Under the pieces are notes generated by a model. The model saw only the letters and a list, made by a program, of their open reading frames with translations, was not told the origin of the DNA and ran no database searches. Made by a program: the position numbers and the translations under genes. 64,000 bases of DNA from an uncultured virus (IMG/VR IMGVR_UViG_3300045599_000077) (taxonomy: Duplodnaviria; Heunggongvirae; Uroviricota; Caudoviricetes): IMG/VR virus record IMGVR_UViG_3300045599_000077. One strand, given 5' to 3'. Shown here piece by piece: positions 19,112 through 29,185 of the stretch (position 1 is its first letter; each line of letters starts with the position of its first letter).

Positions 19112-20333
19112 AACGAAACAACTCATCCCCGCTGAATATAACCCAAGGAAGGATTTAAAACCGAACGATCCAGAGTATGAGAAACTTAAACGTTCCCTTG
19201 AGGAGTTTGGGTATGTAGAACCCGTTATATGGAATAAGACTACAGGCAGAGTCATCGGAGGTCATCAGCGTTTGAAAGTCCTGCTGAGTATGGGCATGGA
19301 TGAAATAGAATGCGTAGTAGTTGAAATGGACGAGCAAAAGGAAAAGGCTCTGAATATTGCACTAAATAAAATAAGTGGCGATTGGGATAAAGATAAACTG
19401 GCACTTCTCATCACAGACCTGGATGCTTCTGATTTTGATGTTTCTCTTACAGGATTTGACCCAGGAGAGTTGGAGGATCTTTTCAAAGATTCTCTTAAGG
19501 ATAATATAAAAGAAGATGATTTCGATGTAGACAGCGAGCTGAAAAAGCCCGCTGTTTCGCATTTAGGGGATGTTTGGCTACTTGGACAGCATCGATTAGT
19601 CTGCGGAGACAGTACAAAGAAAGACACCTTTGATGTCTTGATGGATGGGAAAGCTGCCAATCTGGTAGTTACGGACCCTCCATATAACGTCAACTATGAA
19701 GGCACTGCTGGAAAAATCAAAAATGACAACATGGCGAATGAAGCGTTCTATGATTTTCTGCTTGCGGCATTTCAAAACACCGAAGCAGCGATGGCAAAGG
19801 ACGCTTCTATTTATGTATTCCATGCGGATACCGAAGGATTCAATTTTAGAAGAGCATTCTCCGATGCAGGATTTTATCTTTCTGGTACTTGTATATGGAA
19901 AAAGCAGTCCCTTGTTCTCGGTCGCTCTCCTTATCAGTGGCAACATGAACCTGTACTCTTTGGATGGAAAAGGAAAGGCAAGCATCTCTGGTATTCAGAC
20001 CGTAAGCAGACCACCATCTGGGAGTTTGAGAAACCGAAGAAAAACGGCGACCACCCAACCATGAAACCAGTGGCACTTGTGGCATACCCCATTATGAATT
20101 CGAGCCTTAGTAACTGTATCGTGCTTGATCCCTTCGGCGGTTCAGGAAGTACACTGATTGCCTGTGAGCAGACAAATAGAATCTGCTACACCATTGAACT
20201 GGATGAAAAGTACTGTGATGTCATTGTAAAAAGGTATATTGAGCAAGTGGGAAATTCTGATGGTGTATTTCTATTAAGAGATGGTTCGAAATTCAGATAT
20301 TGTGACCTGCCAGAGGTGAATGAGGATGAGTAA
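19092..20333 (+). CDS. ParB-N domain + N6/N4 DNA methyltransferase (beta class)
   Basis: YNPR/GGHQR ParB-like N-term; DPPY, HPTMKP, DPFGGSGST. Confidence 0.9.
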   Translation: MLIEKIKTKQLIPAEYNPRKDLKPNDPEYEKLKRSLEEFGYVEPVIWNKTTGRVIGGHQRLKVLLSMGMDEIECVVVEMDEQKEKALNIALNKISGDWDKDKLALLITDLDASDFDVSLTGFDPGELEDLFKDSLKDNIKEDDFDVDSELKKPAVSHLGDVWLLGQHRLVCGDSTKKDTFDVLMDGKAANLVVTDPPYNVNYEGTAGKIKNDNMANEAFYDFLLAAFQNTEAAMAKDASIYVFHADTEGFNFRRAFSDAGFYLSGTCIWKKQSLVLGRSPYQWQHEPVLFGWKRKGKHLWYSDRKQTTIWEFEKPKKNGDHPTMKPVALVAYPIMNSSLSNCIVLDPFGGSGSTLIACEQTNRICYTIELDEKYCDVIVKRYIEQVGNSDGVFLLRDGSKFRYCDLPEVNEDE

Positions 20334-22485
20334 ATTAACACTTGGTTCCCTCTTTGATGGTAGTGGTGGCTTTCCTCTGGGTGGTTTGCTTTGTGGCATC
20401 GAACCTTTATGGGCATCTGAAATTGAGCCGTTTCCTATAAGGGTTACGACTAAACGTATCCCTCAGATGAAGCATTATGGAGATATAAACAAATTAAATG
20501 GTGCGGAGCTTCCGCCTGTAGATATCATAACCTTTGGCTCTCCATGCACGGATATGAGTGTGGCGGGTAAAAGAGCCGGTCTGGACGGAGAGCAATCCGT
20601 CCTTTTTTATGAAGCAATCCGAATTATTAAAGAAATGAGGTGTAAGACCAATGGACAATATCCAAGGTACGCAGTCTGGGAAAATGTCCCCGGCGCATTC
20701 TCGTCAAATAAAGGAAAGGACTTCAGGGCAGTCCTCGAAATGGTCATCGGTGTCAAAGAACCGAACACCTCGGTGCCTTTTCCTGAAAAAAGACGATGGC
20801 CTTACGCAGACATCTATATGGGAGACGGATGGAGTGTGGCTTACCGAACTATCGATGCGCAATATTTCGGAGTCCCCCAACGTCGTCGTAGAATCTACCT
20901 TGTCGCAGATTTTGCAGACAGATGTGCCGGAGAAATACTATTTGAGTCCGAAGGCATGCCAAGGAATTTTACGCCGAGCGGCAGCCCGTGGCAAAGAACT
21001 ACCGACAATGCTAAAAACTGCACTGGAAAAACAGGCGATAGCATAACTTGCCTAAATGACCAAGGCGGAAGAGTGATGTCTGTTTCGAAGGATATTACTG
21101 CAAAACTTCGAGCAGAGGAACATGGACACCAGCCTTGCGTAATGCAGTCAAGCGGATTTTGTACTGAACACAGTACCAAGAGCAGAAGTGTAGGATATGA
21201 GGAAGAACTCTCCCCTACACTTAGAGCAGGCGCTGTCCCGGGTACAGTCATGTCCTTTGAACCTGGTGCGGCTTCTCGCATTGGGGGACATACTGACGAA
21301 AACTTAAGTGGATCACTTCGTGCAAACATGGGAGATAATCAAACAGCTGTTGTAATAGAAAACCATCCAACCGATAGCCGTGTGAAACTCTCGGAGGATA
21401 ATAAAATACAGACGCTAACCTCTCGGATGGGAACTGGTGGCGGGAATGTACCCCTTATTATGAACACTCCTAAAACGTTAAAAATCCGCTCTGGCTGTGA
21501 AGGCGGTGGTAAGGGTGCATTGATACAAGATGATAAGTCTGCAACTCTTGGATGCAATAATGATCAAACCGTTTTTGTGCCTACCGCATATGGCATATGT
21601 TCTGATAAAAGCAATTCCATGCAGTCAAGCAATCCACATAGCGGTATATATGAAGCGGATACTTCTAGAACTATTGATGCCAATGGAGGAAATCCGGGGT
21701 GTAATCAAGGTGGTATTGCAGTAGTTGCTCTGCAAGGCTCGATGATTGGTAGAGAGGATAAAAACGGTCCCCAAGGAAGCGGTATAGATGAAGATGTTTC
21801 TTTTACGCTTAATACCGCCGATCGTCATGCTGTTGCCTATGCTATGACTACCGGAGCCTATGCACAGGTTGAAGAAGATAAAGCACCAACGTTATTGTCG
21901 AGAGATTATAAGGATGCTCCTGTAGTGACTCAGCCTTCTTACGGTATTGATCGGGCGGCTTTTAATCAAGGAAAGAACGCTCTGTATAAACCTTCTATAG
22001 ATGAAGAACAGCAACCTACGCTCACAGCAAAAGGTCCTGGAGCAGTGGCGCAACCAGCTTCGTTTTATCCTCAGATGAAAGCTGAAAGTCAATGCTACAG
22101 ACAGGATGGTACATCAAATACGATTATCAATGGCACCAATCCAGGTTATCAAAATGGCTTGGTTGAACCGGACTATATTGTTCGAAGGCTTACACCAACG
22201 GAATGTGCAAGATTGCAAGGTTTTCCCGATGATTGGTGCGATGATCTTGGTACAGAAAATCCTATAGAAGATGAAATCTCATTCTGGACGGAGGTTTGGG
22301 AAACTCACCGCAAAATTATAGGTAAAAGCAAAAGGCCAAAAACAAAAAATCAGATTATAAAATGGCTTAACAATCCTCATTCCGATGCAGCTGAATACAA
22401 AATGTGGGGTAATGGTGTAGCACTTCCATGCGTTTGTTTTGTGCTGACTGGCATTGTGTTATCTACACAAAATACCGCCGATTAA
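20326..22485 (+). CDS. C5-cytosine DNA methyltransferase with very long variable region
   Basis: FDGSGG(I), GSPC(IV), ENV(VI), PQRRRR(VIII), RRLTPTECARLQGFP(IX), YKMWGNGV(X). Confidence 0.9.
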   Translation: MSKLTLGSLFDGSGGFPLGGLLCGIEPLWASEIEPFPIRVTTKRIPQMKHYGDINKLNGAELPPVDIITFGSPCTDMSVAGKRAGLDGEQSVLFYEAIRIIKEMRCKTNGQYPRYAVWENVPGAFSSNKGKDFRAVLEMVIGVKEPNTSVPFPEKRRWPYADIYMGDGWSVAYRTIDAQYFGVPQRRRRIYLVADFADRCAGEILFESEGMPRNFTPSGSPWQRTTDNAKNCTGKTGDSITCLNDQGGRVMSVSKDITAKLRAEEHGHQPCVMQSSGFCTEHSTKSRSVGYEEELSPTLRAGAVPGTVMSFEPGAASRIGGHTDENLSGSLRANMGDNQTAVVIENHPTDSRVKLSEDNKIQTLTSRMGTGGGNVPLIMNTPKTLKIRSGCEGGGKGALIQDDKSATLGCNNDQTVFVPTAYGICSDKSNSMQSSNPHSGIYEADTSRTIDANGGNPGCNQGGIAVVALQGSMIGREDKNGPQGSGIDEDVSFTLNTADRHAVAYAMTTGAYAQVEEDKAPTLLSRDYKDAPVVTQPSYGIDRAAFNQGKNALYKPSIDEEQQPTLTAKGPGAVAQPASFYPQMKAESQCYRQDGTSNTIINGTNPGYQNGLVEPDYIVRRLTPTECARLQGFPDDWCDDLGTENPIEDEISFWTEVWETHRKIIGKSKRPKTKNQIIKWLNNPHSDAAEYKMWGNGVALPCVCFVLTGIVLSTQNTAD
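20651..21046 (+). CDS. Nested alternative-frame ORF inside C5 MTase (M.EcoHK31I beta-like)
   Basis: Own GAGGTG RBS at 20637-20642; 131 aa with STLSQILQTDVPEKYYLSPKACQGILRRAAARGKELP. Confidence 0.65.
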   Translation: MDNIQGTQSGKMSPAHSRQIKERTSGQSSKWSSVSKNRTPRCLFLKKDDGLTQTSIWETDGVWLTELSMRNISESPNVVVESTLSQILQTDVPEKYYLSPKACQGILRRAAARGKELPTMLKTALEKQAIA

Positions 22486-22579
22486 TGGAACAGTATTTTC
22501 TACAGAAAGATGCTCTAAATGACTTGATATTAACAGCTTTTAGAGTGATATATGTACGTACCGAAAGTAGAAAGGCGGT

Positions 22580-23278
22580 ATGAAAATGCAGATTAACTAT
22601 AATGTTACAGGACCAAAAAGAAAAGCACTGGTTAATGCGATCAGCCAAGAACTAAATGCCCCTGTAAAATATCTCGGAGCACCTACATTTGCCTATGAGG
22701 TGGCAGACTACAATGTTAACAAAAACGGGGTACTTAGCGGACCAGATAATAAGGAACTGGTCGATGATCTATTGGGACTTCACGACTTCAAAGCAATTTC
22801 AGAAGAATTTGACACACCATCTCCGAAAGTAGAAACCAATGAAACTGAAGAATCTATCAATCTGATAATTCAAATGCCAAGGGCGGATTTTACCGACACA
22901 GCAATCGAGAACCTAAAAGGATTAGTAGAAAGTAAAGCTACTCTTATAAAGAAAGCACTTGATACGGACTCCATTCCCATCATTGAAGATGAGGAATATG
23001 TCGCCTTCCCTTGGTTTCAAGGTGAGTGCTCCTCAGAAGAGGTTAAGGCATACACCCATTTTGTCACGGCACTTTGCGAAATGGCGAAAAAACAGACCCG
23101 TGTCAACTCCACCGAGAAATCAGTAGAAAATGAAAAGTATGCTTTCCGTTGCTTCCTGCTAAGGCTTGGTTTTATCGGCCCAGAATATAAGATGGAACGA
23201 AAGATTCTCCTCTCCAAGCTGTCAGGTAGCTCCGCTTTCAAAAGCGGAACGGCAAAGCAGGAGGTGAGTGAACAATGA
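22580..23278 (+). CDS. Conserved phage 'virulence-related' hypothetical protein
   Basis: YLGAPTFAY, NEKYAFRCFLLRLGFIG, LSGSSAFK. Confidence 0.75.
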   Translation: MKMQINYNVTGPKRKALVNAISQELNAPVKYLGAPTFAYEVADYNVNKNGVLSGPDNKELVDDLLGLHDFKAISEEFDTPSPKVETNETEESINLIIQMPRADFTDTAIENLKGLVESKATLIKKALDTDSIPIIEDEEYVAFPWFQGECSSEEVKAYTHFVTALCEMAKKQTRVNSTEKSVENEKYAFRCFLLRLGFIGPEYKMERKILLSKLSGSSAFKSGTAKQEVSEQ

Positions 23279-23502
23279 ATATCATTCACCCAGAAATGTT
23301 AAAGCAACTTAGAGGCTATTACACTCCAGGGACACGTGTCATGCTACTTAAAATGAATGACCCTTATACCAAACTTCAGCCTGGATCTAAAGGTACGGTT
23401 ACTAGTGTTGATGACATAGGAACGATTCATGTCAGTTGGGATTCGGGTGGTTCTCTTGGAGTAGCCTTTGGTGAGGATTTATGCAAGAGAATCGAAGAGT
23501 AA
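23275..23502 (+). CDS. DUF4314-like protein
   Basis: GTRVMLLKMNDPY...VDDIGTIHVSWDSG. Confidence 0.75.
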   Translation: MNIIHPEMLKQLRGYYTPGTRVMLLKMNDPYTKLQPGSKGTVTSVDDIGTIHVSWDSGGSLGVAFGEDLCKRIEE

Positions 23503-23525
23503 ACACGGATCGGAGGAGGTCATAA

Positions 23526-23714
23526 ATGAACGAGATAATCAAAGAACAAATCCTTTCCATCCGAGAAAGTGGAGTCACAAATATGTTTGATGTGAACCGA
23601 GTCCAGTATGAAGCAAATGAACGAAGGTTTTATGAATTGGTAGTCTATTTAACAGACCATAAAGCGGAATATGCTCATTTCATACTGACGGGGGAAGTGG
23701 ATGAAAATAAGTAA
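23526..23714 (+). CDS. DUF5049-like protein
   Basis: IRESGVTNMFD...YAHFILTG. Confidence 0.75.
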   Translation: MNEIIKEQILSIRESGVTNMFDVNRVQYEANERRFYELVVYLTDHKAEYAHFILTGEVDENK

Positions 23715-23733
23715 ATAAAAACAGGATAAGGAG

Positions 23734-23770
23734 AAGAGCTTCATCTATAGGATTGAGGCTCTTTTCTTTT
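23734..23770 (+). terminator. Intrinsic terminator
   Basis: AAGAGCTTCA...TGAGGCTCTT + T-run. Confidence 0.65.
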
Positions 23771-23798
23771 GTCCTTTTTCATAAAAGGGGCGGTGTTT

Positions 23799-25403
23799 AT
23801 GCGGAAACTGAAGAAATATAAGCCGACCGCCTTTATAGCTGATGGGTCATATTACGATAAGGATGCTGCTGATTACGCTGTAGCTTTTATCGAAGCACTC
23901 TCCCATACGAAAGGTTTATGGGCAGGTAAGCCTTTTGAACTTATCGATTGGCAGGAGCAAATAATCCGTGATTTATTTGGAATTTTAAAGCCAGATGGAT
24001 ATCGGCAGTTTAATACTGCTTATGTAGAGATACCTAAAAAGATGGGAAAAAGCGAGCTTGCCGCAGCAATTGCACTTCTCCTCACTTGCGGTGATGGTGA
24101 AGAACGGGCGGAGGTGTATGGTTGTGCCGCCGATCGCCAGCAGGCATCAATTGTATTTGAAGTAGCAGCCGATATGGTGAGAATGTGTCCAGCGCTGAAT
24201 AAACGAGTAAAGTTGCTTGCTTCAACTAAGCGATTGGTGTACCTGCCGACCAACAGCTTCTATCAGGTATTGTCGGCTGAAGCCTACTCCAAACACGGCT
24301 TCAATATACATGGTGTTGTTTTTGATGAACTTCATACTCAGCCAAATCGGAAACTATTTGATGTTATGACGAAAGGATCTGGGGATGCAAGGACCCAACC
24401 GCTGTATTTTCTTATCACCACTGCGGGGACGGATACTCAGAGTATCTGCTACGAAACACACCAAAAAGCGGTTGATATTATTGAGGGCAGAAAATACGAT
24501 CCTACCTTTTATCCCGTAATCTATGGTGCCAAAGAAGAGGATGATTGGACAGATCCAAAAGTGTGGAAGAAAGCAAATCCAAGCTTGGGAATTACGGTGG
24601 GGATTGACAAGGTAAGGGCTGCTTGTGAAAGTGCAAAGCAGAACCCAGCTGAGGAAAATAGCTTCCGGCAATTGCGCTTGAATCAGTGGGTTAAACAGTC
24701 TGTCCGATGGATGCCAATGGCAAAGTGGGATGCCTGTGCATTTCCAGTTATACCAGAAAGTCTTGAAGGGCGGGTATGCTATGGAGGTCTTGACCTATCT
24801 TCTACAACAGACATTACAGCCTTTGTGTTGGTGTTCCCACCGGAGGATGAGACAGATAAATACATTGTTCTTCCGTATTTTTGGATGCCAGAGGACAACA
24901 TTGACCTCCGAGTGCGAAGAGACCATGTGCAATACGATCTTTGGGAGAAGCAAGGGTATATTCTAACCACAGAAGGCAATGTAGTGCATTACGGCTACAT
25001 TGAGCGGTTTATTGAGGAACTTGGAGAAAAGTATAACATTCGAGAGATTGCTTTTGACCGATGGGGAGCTGTTCAAATGGTTCAGAACCTTGAAGGATTA
25101 GGCTTTACCGTCGTTCCCTTCGGTCAAGGCTTTAAAGATATGTCACCACCAACCAAAGAACTGATGAAATTGACATTAGAAGAAAGAATAGCGCACGGTG
25201 GGCATCCAGTACTTCGTTGGATGATGGACAACATTTTTATAAAAACTGATCCGGCTGGCAACGTGAAGCCGGACAAGGAAAAAAGCACAGAAAAAATAGA
25301 TGGTGCGGTAGCGACTATCATGGCACTTGACCGTGCCATCCGTTGCGGCTCAGGTAATAGTGGAGATTCGGTGTATGACGAGAGAGGTTTGATTATCTTT
25401 TAA
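23799..25403 (+). CDS. Terminase large subunit
   Basis: PKKMGKS, FDELH, ITTAG, GLDLSSTTD, KIDGAVA. Confidence 0.93.
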   Translation: MRKLKKYKPTAFIADGSYYDKDAADYAVAFIEALSHTKGLWAGKPFELIDWQEQIIRDLFGILKPDGYRQFNTAYVEIPKKMGKSELAAAIALLLTCGDGEERAEVYGCAADRQQASIVFEVAADMVRMCPALNKRVKLLASTKRLVYLPTNSFYQVLSAEAYSKHGFNIHGVVFDELHTQPNRKLFDVMTKGSGDARTQPLYFLITTAGTDTQSICYETHQKAVDIIEGRKYDPTFYPVIYGAKEEDDWTDPKVWKKANPSLGITVGIDKVRAACESAKQNPAEENSFRQLRLNQWVKQSVRWMPMAKWDACAFPVIPESLEGRVCYGGLDLSSTTDITAFVLVFPPEDETDKYIVLPYFWMPEDNIDLRVRRDHVQYDLWEKQGYILTTEGNVVHYGYIERFIEELGEKYNIREIAFDRWGAVQMVQNLEGLGFTVVPFGQGFKDMSPPTKELMKLTLEERIAHGGHPVLRWMMDNIFIKTDPAGNVKPDKEKSTEKIDGAVATIMALDRAIRCGSGNSGDSVYDERGLIIF

Positions 25404-25454
25404 ACTTTAATAGTTAACACAATATTGCTAGTTTTTTATTCGGAGGTGACGCCT

Positions 25455-26699
25455 ATGAATCTAATAAAAGGACTGTTTCGGTCAAGAGACAAACCGCAAA
25501 ACCGTGTGGGCAGTGCATTTTCCTTCCTATTTGGTGGTACGTCATCTGGCAAAACAGTGAATGAGCGTACTGCAATGCAGGCAACAGCGGTGTATGCTTG
25601 CGTAAGGATACTAGCTGAAGCGATTGCCGGACTGCCACTTCATGTATATAGATATCGTTCTGATGGAGGTAAAGAAAGGATTCCTTTCCACCCGCTGTAT
25701 TACCTTCTTCATGATGAACCAAATTCAGAGATGACTTCATTCGTATTTCGAGAAACACTGATGAGTCATCTTTTGCTTTGGGGAAATGCCTATGCACAGG
25801 TGGTCAGAAATGGTCGTGGGCAGGCAGTGGCTCTTTATCCCCTACTCCCCAACAAAATGGAAGTTAGCCGAGCAACTAATGGTGAGCTGGTCTACACCTA
25901 TTACCGTGATACTGATGAAAGTGGCCTAAACCCAAAAGGTGGCTATGTCACACTCCGTAAAGATGAAGTTCTACACATACCTGGCTTAGGTTTTGATGGA
26001 CTCATTGGCTATAGCCCAATTGCTATGGCGAAAAATGCAATCGGTATGTCACTTGCTACTGAAGAGTACGGTGCGGCATTCTTTGCCAATGGTGCTAATC
26101 CCGGAGGTGTGCTGGAACACCCAGGAGTAATCAAAGATATACAGAGGGTCAAGGATAGTTGGAATAGTGCCTACCAAGGCACAGGCAATGCTCACAAAAT
26201 TGCTGTGTTGGAAGAGGGGATGAAGTTTCAAGCCATCGGCATCCCTCCAGAACAGGCTCAATTTCTAGAAACACGGAAGTTTCAAATTAATGAGATTGCG
26301 AGAATTTTCCGTGTGCCGCCCCATATGGTGGGAGATTTAGAGAAATCCAGTTTCTCCAATATTGAACAGCAGTCTTTGGAGTTTGTAAAATACACCCTTG
26401 ATCCGTGGGTGGTGCGATGGGAACAAAGTCTCCAGCAATCGCTTATTTTGCCTTCTGAGAAAACTTCACTGTTTATCAAGTTCAATTTGGACGGTCTGCT
26501 TCGTGGTGATTACCAAAGTCGTATGAATGGCTACGCTACAGGTCGTCAAAATGGCTGGATGTCAGCCAACGATATCCGTGAACTGGAGGACATGAACAGA
26601 ATACCAGCTGAGGAAGGTGGCGATTTATATCTGGTTAACGGAAATATGACAAAACTGGCTGACGCAGGTGCGTTTGCCAAAACCGAAGGAGGTCAGTAA
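25455..26699 (+). CDS. HK97-family portal protein
   Basis: AVYACVRILAE, GNAY, IARIFRVPPHMVG. Confidence 0.93.
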   Translation: MNLIKGLFRSRDKPQNRVGSAFSFLFGGTSSGKTVNERTAMQATAVYACVRILAEAIAGLPLHVYRYRSDGGKERIPFHPLYYLLHDEPNSEMTSFVFRETLMSHLLLWGNAYAQVVRNGRGQAVALYPLLPNKMEVSRATNGELVYTYYRDTDESGLNPKGGYVTLRKDEVLHIPGLGFDGLIGYSPIAMAKNAIGMSLATEEYGAAFFANGANPGGVLEHPGVIKDIQRVKDSWNSAYQGTGNAHKIAVLEEGMKFQAIGIPPEQAQFLETRKFQINEIARIFRVPPHMVGDLEKSSFSNIEQQSLEFVKYTLDPWVVRWEQSLQQSLILPSEKTSLFIKFNLDGLLRGDYQSRMNGYATGRQNGWMSANDIRELEDMNRIPAEEGGDLYLVNGNMTKLADAGAFAKTEGGQ

Positions 26700-27398
26700 A
26701 TGAGGAAGTTTTGGAACTGGGTGCGAGATTCTGATGAAGAACGTACCCTCTATTTAAATGGAGTGATATCCGAAGAAACGTGGTGGGGGGATGAGGTTAC
26801 ACCTAAGATTTTTAAAGATGAATTGCTGGCAGGCACCGGCGATATTACGGTGTGGATTAATTCCCCTGGTGGTGATGTGTTTGCAGCAGCTCAGATTTAT
26901 AACATGCTGATGGAGTATACCGGAAAAGTCACTGTAAAGATTGATGGGCTTGCGGCAAGTGCGGCATCCGTTATTGCAATGGCAGGTGGGGATGTGTATA
27001 TGTCCCCAGTTTCCATGCTTATGATTCATAATCCATCAACCATTGCTATCGGTGACAGTGAGGAAATGATGCGAGCAAAGGCTTTATTGGATGAGGTTAA
27101 GGAAAGCATTATTAATGCCTATGAGTTAAAGACAGGTCTTTCTCGAACAAAACTCTCCCATCTGATGGATGCAGAGTCCTGGATGAATGCCAATAAAGCG
27201 ATTGAACTTGGTTTTGCAGATAAGATCATGTTCATGGAAAGTGAAACACCGGATTTGACAGATAGTCTTATCTTTAGCAGGATGGCGGTTACTAACTCGC
27301 TTATCAGCAAACTGCCAAAACAACCAAAACAACCAAAACAGAAAACAGGTACACCCATTGAGTCGCTGGATAAGCGGCTTTCTTTAATTTCGCACTAA
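26700..27398 (+). CDS. ClpP-like prohead protease
   Basis: INSPGGDVF, AASAAS, MIHNP. Confidence 0.9.
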   Translation: MRKFWNWVRDSDEERTLYLNGVISEETWWGDEVTPKIFKDELLAGTGDITVWINSPGGDVFAAAQIYNMLMEYTGKVTVKIDGLAASAASVIAMAGGDVYMSPVSMLMIHNPSTIAIGDSEEMMRAKALLDEVKESIINAYELKTGLSRTKLSHLMDAESWMNANKAIELGFADKIMFMESETPDLTDSLIFSRMAVTNSLISKLPKQPKQPKQKTGTPIESLDKRLSLISH

Positions 27399-27418
27399 TT
27401 TTAAGGGAGGAAATAACA

Positions 27419-28612
27419 ATGAGTAAAATTCTTGAATTGCGTGAGAAACGCGCTAAAGCTTGGGACGCAGCAAAGGCATTCCTTGATTCAAAACGTGGTG
27501 GTGATGGACTGTTATCCGCCGAGGACACGACAACCTATGAAAAAATGGAAGCCGATGTGGTGGCTCTTGGTAAGGAAATTGAACGTTTGGAACGCCAAGC
27601 ATCTATCGACTTGGAACTGTCGAAAGCAACCAGTAACCCAATTACCAATGAACCTACTAGAACTGGAGAGGAAAAGACCGGTCGTGCAAGTGCTGAATAC
27701 AAAAGAGCTTTCTGGAATGCAATGCGTGACAATGTTAGCTATGAAGTAAGAAACGCTCTAAAAATTGGCACTGATTCTGAAGGCGGATTCCTTGTGCCAG
27801 ATGAGTTTGAACGTACGCTAGTAGAAGCTCTAGAGGAAGAAAATATTTTCCGTAGATTGGCTAATGTAATCACGACATCTTCTGGTGACCGTAAGATTCC
27901 TGTTGTTGCAAGCAAAGGTACAGCAAGCTGGATAGATGAAGAAGGAGCTATCCCAGAAAGTGATGACAGCTTCGGTCAAGTATCCATCGGGGCCTATAAA
28001 CTAGCGACAATGATTAAAGTCTCTGAGGAGCTACTAAACGATTCCGTGTTTAATCTCGAAAGCTACATCACAAGAGAATTTGCCCGTCGCATTGGGAACA
28101 AGGAGGAGGAAGCCTTCTTTGTAGGTGACGGTACAGGTAAGCCAACAGGGATTTTAAATGCCACAGGCGGCGGTCAAGTTGGTGTTACTGCGGCAAGTGC
28201 CACTGCCATCACTTTGGATGAGGTTTTAGATTTATTCTACAGTTTGAAAGCACCTTATCGTAATAAGGCCGTATTCGTAATGAACGATGCCACTATAAAG
28301 GCTATTCGTAAATTGAAAGACGGTAATGGGCAATACCTATGGCAACCTTCCATCCAAGCGGGAACACCTGATACGATTCTTAACCGCCCGCTGTATACCT
28401 CATCATATGTACCTACTGCTGAAGCAGGTGCAAAAACTGTGGTATTCGGTGATTTTAGTTATTACTGGGTGGCAGACCGTCAAGGACGCGTATTCAAACG
28501 ATTAAATGAACTCTTTGCTGTCACAGGTCAAGTAGGGTTTATTGCTACACAGCGTGTTGATGGAAAGCTTATCTTGCCGGAGGCCGTTAAGGTACTCCAA
28601 CAGAAGGCGTAA
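27419..28612 (+). CDS. HK97-fold major capsid protein
   Basis: N-terminal coiled-coil delta domain, GGFLVP, LKDGNGQYLW, FGDFS. Confidence 0.93.
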   Translation: MSKILELREKRAKAWDAAKAFLDSKRGGDGLLSAEDTTTYEKMEADVVALGKEIERLERQASIDLELSKATSNPITNEPTRTGEEKTGRASAEYKRAFWNAMRDNVSYEVRNALKIGTDSEGGFLVPDEFERTLVEALEEENIFRRLANVITTSSGDRKIPVVASKGTASWIDEEGAIPESDDSFGQVSIGAYKLATMIKVSEELLNDSVFNLESYITREFARRIGNKEEEAFFVGDGTGKPTGILNATGGGQVGVTAASATAITLDEVLDLFYSLKAPYRNKAVFVMNDATIKAIRKLKDGNGQYLWQPSIQAGTPDTILNRPLYTSSYVPTAEAGAKTVVFGDFSYYWVADRQGRVFKRLNELFAVTGQVGFIATQRVDGKLILPEAVKVLQQKA

Positions 28613-28624
28613 CGGAGGTGCTTT

Positions 28625-28837
28625 ATGAGTTATAACACGAAGAACTATACCGAACAAGGCGGAGAAAAAACTGTAATTGGCGGTGTTTTAGAAATTAAAG
28701 AGGGAGCCTCGGTTACGGGGCTTCCTGTTGCAGGAAACCAAGCAGACAGCACAGCCACCGATGTTGCTGGTTTAGTTACGGACTTTAATGCTCTGCTTGC
28801 CAAACTAAAAGCAGTGGGGCTTATGGAGACTGACTAA
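28625..28837 (+). CDS. Head decoration/fibre protein
   Basis: DFNALLAKLKAVGLM; follows capsid gene. Confidence 0.7.
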   Translation: MSYNTKNYTEQGGEKTVIGGVLEIKEGASVTGLPVAGNQADSTATDVAGLVTDFNALLAKLKAVGLMETD

Positions 28838-28863
28838 GGTGGAACGTAAAGGAGGTTGGTGGT

Positions 28864-29184
28864 ATGGCAGTGGCAGATAATCTTTTGCCTAAAGTTAAAG
28901 CGAACTTAATTTTAACGCATGATCAGGATGATGCCCTCCTTATCGGATTTATCACTGCTGCAGTCTCATATGCACAGAGCTATCAGCACGTTCCTGAAGA
29001 CTATTATGAAACCCATGCCATGCCTCCAACAACAGAACAAGCAGTGATTATGTTGTCGAGCCATTTCTATGAAAGCAGGGATGGCTCGACAGCAGGTTTC
29101 TTTGCTGACAGTGTACAGGCGGGGCAACAAGTATGGAACACAGTGAACCTGCTTTTACGGCTTGACCGAGAGTGGGGTGTTTAG
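28864..29184 (+). CDS. Head-tail connector (gp6-like)
   Basis: VKANL...DDALL...HFYESR; gene position. Confidence 0.8.
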   Translation: MAVADNLLPKVKANLILTHDQDDALLIGFITAAVSYAQSYQHVPEDYYETHAMPPTTEQAVIMLSSHFYESRDGSTAGFFADSVQAGQQVWNTVNLLLRLDREWGV

Positions 29185-29185
29185 C

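Noticed and set aside
19696..20064. 122-aa same-strand ORF nested in the N6/N4 MTase
   Set aside because: No convincing RBS or recognisable motif, unlike the nested ORF at 20651
27315..27341. CCAAAACAA x3 tandem repeat in the Clp protease gene
   Set aside because: In-frame PKQ linker expansion; no phase-variation consequence
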